IMG/VR virus record: IMGVR_UViG_3300031963_000055
Strand: one strand, 5' to 3'
DNA: 26,719 bases
Origin: an uncultured virus (IMG/VR IMGVR_UViG_3300031963_000055)
Taxonomy: Duplodnaviria; Heunggongvirae; Uroviricota; Caudoviricetes
Shown here one piece after another: positions 19,193 through 25,955 of the stretch. How positions within the stretch are numbered: the first letter of the stretch is position 1; each line of letters begins with the position of its first letter. Position numbers and translations under genes: made by a program. The notes under the pieces are model-generated. The model was not told the origin of the DNA. It did no database searches and was given only the letters and a program-made list of their open reading frames with translations.

Positions 19193-19516
19193 AATTTTTA
19201 TTTTGAATTGAACACAATATTCCCCTTCCAGTTTGTACACCAGATGTTAGGATTAATTATAAACTTATATCTATCTGTCTTTAACCGTTCCAGTTACCTG
19301 GCCACTGCTTACTTTAACCCTGTTAATTCAGGAGGATACTTCATACCTCTTGTAGCAGTTATAGAATTTCATTTATAACCTTTTTTTGTACCTATCGGAG
19401 AAACCTCAACCCTTATGTTTAGATGTTATTTCAATCTCAGAGTTTACTATCCAACTTCTAAGCAAGTGTTAACTTTTTGGGTATTCCTTGCTGAATTACT
19501 TCTTCAGTAATAGTAC
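19193..19516 (-). ncRNA. candidate structured ncRNA or long structured 5' leader
   Basis: About 320 nt with no convincing ORF, starting at a predicted promoter; several stems and a GTAA-tetraloop hairpin; family not recognised. Confidence 0.5.
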
Positions 19517-19520
19517 AGTA

Positions 19521-19552
19521 TAAATATAAGCTTTTTCTAGGACACTATCAAA
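19521..19552 (-). promoter_or_regulatory. Bacteroidota-type promoter
   Basis: TTTG(19552-19549)-N20-TATATTTA(19528-19521). Confidence 0.65.
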
Positions 19553-19733
19553 TTTCAGGTGTTAAATCTTTAGAAATATCTTTAATTTCTAAATCGGATT
19601 CTGGAGTAATTATGGGTGCTTGCCCTTCTAATGAAGAATCCCACCAAACTATCCCTTTTTCTTTTACCCAATATAGAAATTCTGTAATTTCCATTTGATT
19701 AGGTTTTGATTTTAAATCATATACTAGTTTCAT
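19548..19733 (-). CDS. small protein resembling portal 456-493
   Basis: KLVYDLKSKP...EITEFLYWVKEKGIVWWDSSLEG vs portal KFIMDLAQIP...DIDKWMYYLKEMNIAFINSFEEG. Confidence 0.7.
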   Translation of the reverse strand: MKLVYDLKSKPNQMEITEFLYWVKEKGIVWWDSSLEGQAPIITPESDLEIKDISKDLTPEI

Positions 19734-19734
19734 A

Positions 19735-19947
19735 TTATTCTTCAGTTATAGGACTAGTCCCAGTTAATAAATAAAACTTATTGATTTTCTCAGCCATGAT
19801 TAACTTCTCATTGATATGATCCATATCCTCATAATCTAGTTTATCGTTATAGTGTTTCTTAGTTACACCCATTTTAAGGTAAATTGATCCATCAGGTAAT
19901 ATACCTATGATTTGATGATCGTTGAAATTTTTAGATTTTGTTCTCAT
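19735..19947 (-). CDS. small protein with a segment resembling portal 61-77
   Basis: YNDKLDYEDMDHINEKL vs portal YNGKVNHKDIETICDPL. Confidence 0.55.
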   Translation of the reverse strand: MRTKSKNFNDHQIIGILPDGSIYLKMGVTKKHYNDKLDYEDMDHINEKLIMAEKINKFYLLTGTSPITEE

Positions 19948-20417
19948 TATTTAATATTTAATTGTTGCATTAGTTTAATTAATTCTGATTTGTTTTTAAT
20001 TTTAAATCTCATAACCCATTCTCCAGGTACATAAGATGAATATGCTTGTATTTTAATAACCCAATTATCATCTTGTTGAATTAACCAATAATGAATACCA
20101 TTGTTAAATCCAAACTCTTCTGTTTTTTGAAAAGTCATTAATTGTCTTCCTGTAAATGGTGATTTTTTAGAATCTCTTAATTCCCAACCTAAACTTTCTA
20201 TATCAGATTGGTCTAGGTATTTAACTCTAACTGTTCTAATTCCTCCTAATAATTCTTCTTCAAACCAACTATCTGATCTTTCATAATCTGGTCCATCAGA
20301 TTTATAATCTTGTATTCTCATTTTAGATTCTTCCCACCTATCTCCATTCATATATTCATATCCAAATCCTACATGAAACTCTTCTATTGTAGGTGTATAG
20401 TATAAGTTATTTTCCAT
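19947..20417 (-). CDS. hypothetical phage protein
   Basis: 156 aa; YYTPTIEEFHVGF.YE and RVKYLD..DIESLG motifs; function unknown. Confidence 0.65.
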   Translation of the reverse strand: MENNLYYTPTIEEFHVGFGYEYMNGDRWEESKMRIQDYKSDGPDYERSDSWFEEELLGGIRTVRVKYLDQSDIESLGWELRDSKKSPFTGRQLMTFQKTEEFGFNNGIHYWLIQQDDNWVIKIQAYSSYVPGEWVMRFKIKNKSELIKLMQQLNIK

Positions 20418-20586
20418 TTGTATAATCTTTAGGTAATGTTGATTTATTAGATTGTTTAATTATTGTTTGGTGTAAAGCTTCTTCTAGTCTATAGGTTATA
20501 ATATCATACAGATGTTTATGTTTAATCCTAATATCTACAGGTTCATCTACCCAAAACTGTTGTTGTTTATATTCATTGTTACTCAT
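20407..20586 (-). CDS. 59-aa ORF not in the supplied track, containing a portal-like peptide
   Basis: MSNNEYKQQQFWVDEPVDIRIKHKHLYDIITYRLEEALHQTIIKQSNKSTLPKDYTNGK; ATGA overlap with the upstream ORF. Confidence 0.75.
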   Translation of the reverse strand: MSNNEYKQQQFWVDEPVDIRIKHKHLYDIITYRLEEALHQTIIKQSNKSTLPKDYTNGK

Positions 20587-20765
20587 TGTTGCTCATTGTT
20601 AAATAATTGTTCTACTTTAATTCTTATTTCTACTTTACCACTAGCACCATTCTTAAATTCTTTCCACTCTTCAATAGGTAAAAATTTAGATTTACTTCCT
20701 AAGTAAATAGTTACATTTCCTAATGGGTGATTATATACAAACATTATTGGGTCTTGTTCTACCAT
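20583..20765 (-). CDS. small protein, weak similarity to portal 214-240
   Basis: 60 aa, overlapping both neighbours. Confidence 0.55.
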   Translation of the reverse strand: MVEQDPIMFVYNHPLGNVTIYLGSKSKFLPIEEWKEFKNGASGKVEIRIKVEQLFNNEQQ

Positions 20766-20974
20766 GAGAATTGTTCTTTAGGTCCATTAATAAAGTATTC
20801 TTCTAATATCTTGTTTCTAGCTATAATGTAATCAGCACCAGTTCCTTCTACTCTAGTAGCAGGTTTAATAATATTAGTATATTCTACAGTAGTAACTGTA
20901 TGTCTTATGACTTCTCCTAACATAATAGTAGTATGTTCTAAGTCTGGAGTACGGTGTAATATCTTAATTTCCAT
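20759..20974 (-). CDS. small protein with segments resembling portal 324-380
   Basis: 71 aa, ATG 4 nt after a promoter -7 element; VTTVEY, EGT and EEYFIN match the portal in order. Confidence 0.6.
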   Translation of the reverse strand: MEIKILHRTPDLEHTTIMLGEVIRHTVTTVEYTNIIKPATRVEGTGADYIIARNKILEEYFINGPKEQFSW

Positions 20975-20978
20975 GATC

Positions 20979-21010
20979 TAAAGGTAACTAATAATTAACT
21001 AATTACCAAA
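20979..21010 (-). promoter_or_regulatory. Bacteroidota-type promoter
   Basis: TTTG(21010-21007)-N20-TACCTTTA(20986-20979)-N4-ATG. Confidence 0.65.
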
Positions 21011-21159
21011 TACTCGTCCCAATTATCTTATATTTTGGGGACATAGAATATAGCTTTAATAGGTTTCATTTTATGAAAAATTCATGCAAAGTTGTAACAA
21101 AAGTAGTAAGTATTTGTTACACGGGAATGTGTATTATAGTGCATAAATGGGTATGAGAT

Positions 21160-21714
21160 TTAAGATTTATCAGTGTTAGATAGTTTAAGGTATTCTACGG
21201 CTTTTAATAATAAAATTGAATTATCCTTAAACATACCCAATCCTGAATTACAATTAGAGCATAATAAACCCCTTACTAATCCTGTATCATGACAGTGATC
21301 TATTGATAATTTTCTATGGTAAGTATTACAAATCAAGCAGTTACCTTGTTGAGTACTATACAATTTATCATAATCTTCTATCGTCATATCATAGTTAGAT
21401 TTTAATTTTTGTTTTCTCTTTCTTAGAGACTCTTTAATAGGGTTAGCTTTTCTTTTTATTGCTTTGTATTTATTTCTGCATACTTTACAACTAGATTGAG
21501 TACTTCCTGTATTTTTATTGATAATTGAAAAACAAGATATATCTTTAGATTCTGTACATGTGGTGCATATTTTTAAACCCTCTACAATAGGTTTATGTGG
21601 TTTATGACCATATCTACATTCTTTACAAAACCCTAAATACCCGTCTTTGTTTACTGAACACTGATTAAAATCAGTAAGTTCTTTTTCTACTTTACATTTT
21701 TTACATATTTTCAT
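21160..21714 (-). CDS. endonuclease VII-family (His-Me finger) endonuclease, probably a free-standing homing endonuclease
   Basis: CLIC...IDHCHDTGLVRGLLCSNCNSGLGMFKD, preceded by two CxxC...CxxC repeats. Confidence 0.85.
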   Translation of the reverse strand: MKICKKCKVEKELTDFNQCSVNKDGYLGFCKECRYGHKPHKPIVEGLKICTTCTESKDISCFSIINKNTGSTQSSCKVCRNKYKAIKRKANPIKESLRKRKQKLKSNYDMTIEDYDKLYSTQQGNCLICNTYHRKLSIDHCHDTGLVRGLLCSNCNSGLGMFKDNSILLLKAVEYLKLSNTDKS

Positions 21715-21718
21715 AATA

Positions 21719-21751
21719 TAAAGATAAGCATTATTTAGTTATTTTTACAAA
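21719..21751 (-). promoter_or_regulatory. Bacteroidota-type promoter
   Basis: TTTG(21751-21748)-N21-TATCTTTA(21726-21719)-N4-ATG. Confidence 0.6.
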
Positions 21752-21884
21752 TATTAATCACCAAAAATTTTATTTTTTTTCAAAATTTTCAATGTATATA
21801 AGGATTTCCAGCACCCCCAATTTCCATCCCCCACTAAACTTTGAGAGAAAATCATTTCCTTTATAACTTTAAAACTATCACATT

Positions 21885-22121
21885 ATGAAAACTTTATTAG
21901 AGTATTTAAAAGAATTAGGTGCAGTTAAAGCATCTATTATTGCTGGTCCAAATGGTAAATTTATTAGCTATGAATTAGCTAGTGGTGCTAAAGCTACATT
22001 ACCAGTTGGTAAAAGGTCTTATGATGGTACATTATCAACATTTAATGTATTGATTACTGAAGAGGGACAAGCTATTGCTACTGTCAACTCTTATGTAGAA
22101 GAGGAGACTATGTCATTATAG
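21885..22121 (+). CDS. hypothetical protein, first plus-strand gene
   Basis: 78 aa, TAAAACTA leader. Confidence 0.7.
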   Translation: MKTLLEYLKELGAVKASIIAGPNGKFISYELASGAKATLPVGKRSYDGTLSTFNVLITEEGQAIATVNSYVEEETMSL

Positions 22122-22125
22122 TATT

Positions 22126-22157
22126 GAGTGAGAGCCTAGTGCTCTCCTCTTTATTTA
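22126..22157 (+). terminator. hairpin / possible terminator
   Basis: gagagc-ctagt-gctctc stem, extendable, followed by TTTATTT. Confidence 0.45.
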
Positions 22158-22198
22158 ATTCTAATTCAAATCCAATTAACCAATTAACCTTATATATT

Positions 22199-22321
22199 AT
22201 GTTAACTCTAACAATAATTCCAAACTTATCTAACAAATTATCTGATAATCAGTTAGTTAAATCAATATTCATTTGCTTAGCAATGGATTTTGTTATACTA
22301 TTAGCTTGTATTAATCTTTAA
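22199..22321 (+). CDS. small membrane peptide
   Basis: 40 aa from ATG at 22199, hydrophobic C-terminus; the longer TTG start runs through a hairpin. Confidence 0.4.
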   Translation: MLTLTIIPNLSNKLSDNQLVKSIFICLAMDFVILLACINL

Positions 22322-22632
22322 CAACACTTAAATATATAACTCTCTCCAACTGCTTTGGAGTTAATTGAGATGTTTACATCTTAGTTAAGCTTGTGGAATA
22401 GACCACTGAGGAGAGTTTATATTTAATTTAGAGTAATCTACTAGTTTAGTAGGAATTAATGCTCTGAAAGGCTTGAAAACATTGGGAATTATGGAATAGT
22501 AGATGGAGTACACTCCTCTCCCTCACCTTTTAACCCTAATCCTAACTTATCCTATAATTATATCCTCTTATATACACATAGCTTAATTAACAACTTATAA
22601 ACCAATTATTAACCTCTAAAAACTATCCAACT

Positions 22633-22824
22633 ATGAACACTTTACAACGTACTACTAAAAATGGTAGACCAATTATCAACAGACAAACTAAATTACCTGA
22701 ATATGCATTCAGTGTACATAACAGATTAAATACTGTTAAACGTGAATTAGGTTATGTAAACAACAAACCTAGTCATGACCAAATTTGGGCATCAATATGT
22801 GTTGGTGTCTCACTATTAACCTAA
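22633..22824 (+). CDS. hypothetical protein
   Basis: 63 aa, AAAAACTA leader. Confidence 0.6.
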   Translation: MNTLQRTTKNGRPIINRQTKLPEYAFSVHNRLNTVKRELGYVNNKPSHDQIWASICVGVSLLT

Positions 22825-23037
22825 CTAAATATCTATTACATATTCCACTGTAAACCATTATATAACAAGGACTTGTGCAAGTATCAAGTATTATATTAAT
22901 GTTTGTGGGTATGTAATAGATTATCAATATTAAACAGTTAAAGAGTGGCAGATGTAGAAATACATGCAGATTTAGTTTATACTATATGTTTCCGCCTAAC
23001 TGTTTATACCAAATTAATCATTTAAAACTAAATAATT

Positions 23038-23142
23038 ATGAAAACATTTCTATTATTCTGTAAAATGTTACATGTTAAAGAAAATACACATGAATATAAT
23101 TACAGAAAAATTTACCCTAAATTAAATGCTTTAACAAATTAA
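23038..23142 (+). CDS. 34-aa ORF not in the supplied track
   Basis: MKTFLLFCKMLHVKENTHEYNYRKIYPKLNALTN; TAAAACTAAATAATT leader like its neighbours. Confidence 0.45.
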   Translation: MKTFLLFCKMLHVKENTHEYNYRKIYPKLNALTN

Positions 23143-23173
23143 ATAAATTATTAACTAATTAAAAACTATTACA

Positions 23174-23419
23174 ATGGAATCAAACTTATTACACATCATT
23201 GGATTCATATCCATATTATTCTATTTAGGTAATATGATAGCAGACTTTTGTATTGAAAGACCATTATCTGCACACATTGGATATGGATTAATATGTATTG
23301 TTACGTCATATTATATTAATCAAATATTAGGACTTACAATATCATTTGTATTTGTAGTCTATTCATTACTAATTCTAACTATTTATGTTGAATCAATTAA
23401 ATCTAAACGTCATGCCTAA
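23174..23419 (+). CDS. small membrane protein (about 3 TM segments)
   Basis: 81 aa, hydrophobic; AAAAACTA leader. Confidence 0.6.
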   Translation: MESNLLHIIGFISILFYLGNMIADFCIERPLSAHIGYGLICIVTSYYINQILGLTISFVFVVYSLLILTIYVESIKSKRHA

Positions 23420-23510
23420 ACTAACTAAAGAAGAAATACATTATTACAGATTTCATCAAATATGTTTATCTGAATACACATACCTATATGCTTCAGTATT
23501 ATACTCTTAA
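23412..23510 (+). CDS. 32-aa ORF not in the supplied track
   Basis: MPKLTKEEIHYYRFHQICLSEYTYLYASVLYS; overlaps the upstream stop by 8 nt. Confidence 0.35.
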   Translation: MPKLTKEEIHYYRFHQICLSEYTYLYASVLYS

Positions 23511-23689
23511 ACAACATTAAACAATCAACAAGCTCTCATATAATCTAATTAGCTATTTATAGCATTCAGACTTGGTCTATACATTAGTTATATCATCTTG
23601 TTAATTGTTGGATAGTCTTGACATAGACTTAAACTTTGTCAAACAATTAATAAATCAATAAATCAATTAACAATTAAAAACAAGAAATC

Positions 23690-24118
23690 ATGTCAAAATT
23701 AATCGTAAAATCAAACCCAAACACAGGCTTAGTAATCAATGTATCTGAAAAAACTCCTAACTGGGGTTCAGTAATGGTAGCAGAAGACAGTTTTGTAATT
23801 AATGGTGGAATCATTAATAAACAAACTCGTACAGCTTTCTTTAGAGCTGAATTAGCAACTTTAAATGCTATGAACTTGGCAGCAGGTTCAGAATTTCCTA
23901 TTGAAGGAAAATTAATCCATCGTGAAGCTACTGCTCCTTTCTATAAAGGACAAAAGCCTAAAACTCAAGGTAAGGATGGTGGTGTATTATTATACAATGG
24001 TATGCCTATTTATCGTGAAACAGTATTTACTTCAGAAATAGCTGAAGTAGATTTGTTAATCAAACATACTTCTGTAGCTCCAGTTGCAGTAAGTTCTCAA
24101 CAACCACTTAACTCTTAG
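23690..24118 (+). CDS. beta-rich hypothetical protein, crAss early-region type
   Basis: 142 aa, strong A-rich leader, G.PIYR motif; function unknown. Confidence 0.65.
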   Translation: MSKLIVKSNPNTGLVINVSEKTPNWGSVMVAEDSFVINGGIINKQTRTAFFRAELATLNAMNLAAGSEFPIEGKLIHREATAPFYKGQKPKTQGKDGGVLLYNGMPIYRETVFTSEIAEVDLLIKHTSVAPVAVSSQQPLNS

Positions 24119-24128
24119 TAGTTAGTGT

Positions 24129-24174
24129 GAACTAGTTTTGGAATAAAGGAGGGTTCGATTCCCTCCACTAGTTC
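24129..24174 (+). other. tRNA-like minihelix (closing stem plus T-arm)
   Basis: gaactagt-N11-ggaggg-TTCGATT-ccctcc-actagttc; no D or anticodon arm, no CCA. Confidence 0.55.
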
Positions 24175-24473
24175 TTATATTGAGTTTATGTGATAGTTTC
24201 CTCAATACAGTTTAAGTATTCTGTAAAAATACTCCTTGTAGGTTAGTTGGTCAAACCTTACTTTAAAATATTGTAACATTAGTTACTAAAGATGATAGTT
24301 AGGTGGTGTATTTGGTAGTTCTTATACAACATACTATACGTGAGGTGGTTTAATATCTTTCCACCAGTTAGTCCAAAACTAAAAGATAATATTATATAAC
24401 TTGTTGAAACAAAGTCTTACTAACTTTAAAGTAAATAAGTTATATTTTATTTAAAACATTAAAACAATAAATT

Positions 24474-24650
24474 ATGAAAAATATAATAAAGCTTAAAGAA
24501 GTAATGTCATTTAATGAATGTCAATATTTACTTAAAATGAATCCTTGGCAATATGATAATAAAATACTTTACAAAAGAAGAAAGAGACTTAAAAATAAGT
24601 ATTTTTATTTAATAATTGAAAGAGGTCATAATCATTGTACAAAAAATTAA
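24474..24650 (+). CDS. 58-aa basic ORF not in the supplied track
   Basis: MKNIIKLKEVMSFNECQYLLKMNPWQY...; TAAAACAATAAATT leader. Confidence 0.5.
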   Translation: MKNIIKLKEVMSFNECQYLLKMNPWQYDNKILYKRRKRLKNKYFYLIIERGHNHCTKN

Positions 24651-24976
24651 TCAGAGTAACTTTTGTGATACTGATTAATAATAAACTCTTATCCAATTGT
24701 AGAATAAATAGTTCAACTGAATTTAGAACACCTATCTTAAGTAGGAGGTATAGCCAAGGTACAACCTTGTAAGAGTTTATTTAAAACAAATTAAAATATA
24801 ATATCCCTAATAAATATTCTAACAAAACTTAGTGGTTGTCCATTAACTTGGTAGTTGTATATAATTATTAGTCGTTTTCTCATTATATACACAAATATGA
24901 AACCACCAAACAAGTGAGAGGCTTGTTCTTTTTAAATAATTCAATCAAAATATAAATCAACTAAAACCTAGAAATC

Positions 24977-25453
24977 ATGAAAGAATCAGTGAAAATCAAA
25001 TTGCTATTTATAAGCTTAATGCTTATTGTAATGTCTGCATGTGCATTTGCACAACAATCAGGTTTTGATACTAACATATCTAAAACTAGATCTCAATTAA
25101 AACAATTAGAAAAAACTAAAATCAAATTAGATTTATCTGTATTTGTAGATGATCAATCAATTGATGATACATCATATGTATTAAATATTGTAAACTACAA
25201 CAATGGTGTATTAACATCAATGCATGTATCTAACAAATTTGTATTATTTTTAGATTACTCTACTGAATATGAAATATCAATAAATTATAAAAATACTAAC
25301 ACTAAAGTAATAATTGTTAATACTGAAGCTACCTACAATAATTGGTATATTGTAACATCTGTTGCATTAACTTCAGGTGTAAATGATAGGATTTTAGCAG
25401 GTGGAATTAAATTTGATTATGAATTAAACACATTTAAAAAATATAAAAACTAA
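24977..25453 (+). CDS. exported protein with signal peptide
   Basis: N-terminal K..KIKLL, hydrophobic core, AFA-QQ cleavage site. Confidence 0.65.
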   Translation: MKESVKIKLLFISLMLIVMSACAFAQQSGFDTNISKTRSQLKQLEKTKIKLDLSVFVDDQSIDDTSYVLNIVNYNNGVLTSMHVSNKFVLFLDYSTEYEISINYKNTNTKVIIVNTEATYNNWYIVTSVALTSGVNDRILAGGIKFDYELNTFKKYKN

Positions 25454-25458
25454 TTAAC

Positions 25459-25480
25459 GAGTCAGATTAATTTCTGACTC
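25459..25480 (+). terminator. intergenic hairpin
   Basis: gagtcaga / tctgactc 8-bp perfect stem; weak T-tract. Confidence 0.35.
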
Positions 25481-25498
25481 ACTTTAAAATAAAATACT

Positions 25499-25912
25499 AT
25501 GAATAAAATATTTAAAATTAAATTATTGACAATATTATTCTCAATAATTTTAACCAACACATTTAGTCAATCAATAACAACTGAAATAGCACAATATTGT
25601 GATTATGATACAACATTAGATTTATGGAAAGATTGTACAATGGATTATAATCATACTTCATTATTTGTAATCAATGAACAAGAAACAATGATTACACATA
25701 TAACAATAGATAATAAATCAACATATTATATTACTGATAAAACAGTAGAGTTTAATGAAAAAAAAGAGAAAGTATGGATGTATACAGTAAATAGTGATTT
25801 AGGTAAACAATATATTGTTAAAATAAACCCTATTGCTAGAACTATATTATGTGTATATTCTGTAGATAATGAAATTAAAGGAACTACTTTTACAATTAAA
25901 TCAATATTTTAA
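25499..25912 (+). CDS. exported protein with signal peptide
   Basis: N-terminal KIFKIKLL, hydrophobic core, TFS-QS cleavage site. Confidence 0.65.
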   Translation: MNKIFKIKLLTILFSIILTNTFSQSITTEIAQYCDYDTTLDLWKDCTMDYNHTSLFVINEQETMITHITIDNKSTYYITDKTVEFNEKKEKVWMYTVNSDLGKQYIVKINPIARTILCVYSVDNEIKGTTFTIKSIF

Positions 25913-25955
25913 TATTGGTAATTTTGAGATTGGAGTTAAATGAGCAATTAATTAC

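Noticed and set aside
19163..19378. Plus-strand 71-aa ORF over the candidate ncRNA
   Set aside because: TTG start, opposite to all neighbouring genes, no A-rich leader
19947..20417. 156-aa ORF as a structural-protein fragment
   Set aside because: No convincing match to portal, TerL or MCP by eye
20512..20706. Plus-strand 64-aa ORF
   Set aside because: Antisense to two coupled minus-strand ORFs that tile the region
15825..20974. Single decayed portal pseudogene or assembly artefact as the source of the fragments
   Set aside because: Fragments are out of order, come from three genes, are interleaved with unrelated genes, keep coupled start/stop codons and are diverged at DNA level; not fully excluded without comparative data
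22931..23006. Known self-cleaving ribozyme or riboswitch
   Set aside because: Hammerhead, twister and HDV core motifs could not be matched; a covariance search is needed
24129..24174. Complete tRNA gene
   Set aside because: No D arm, anticodon arm or CCA; reported only as a tRNA-like element
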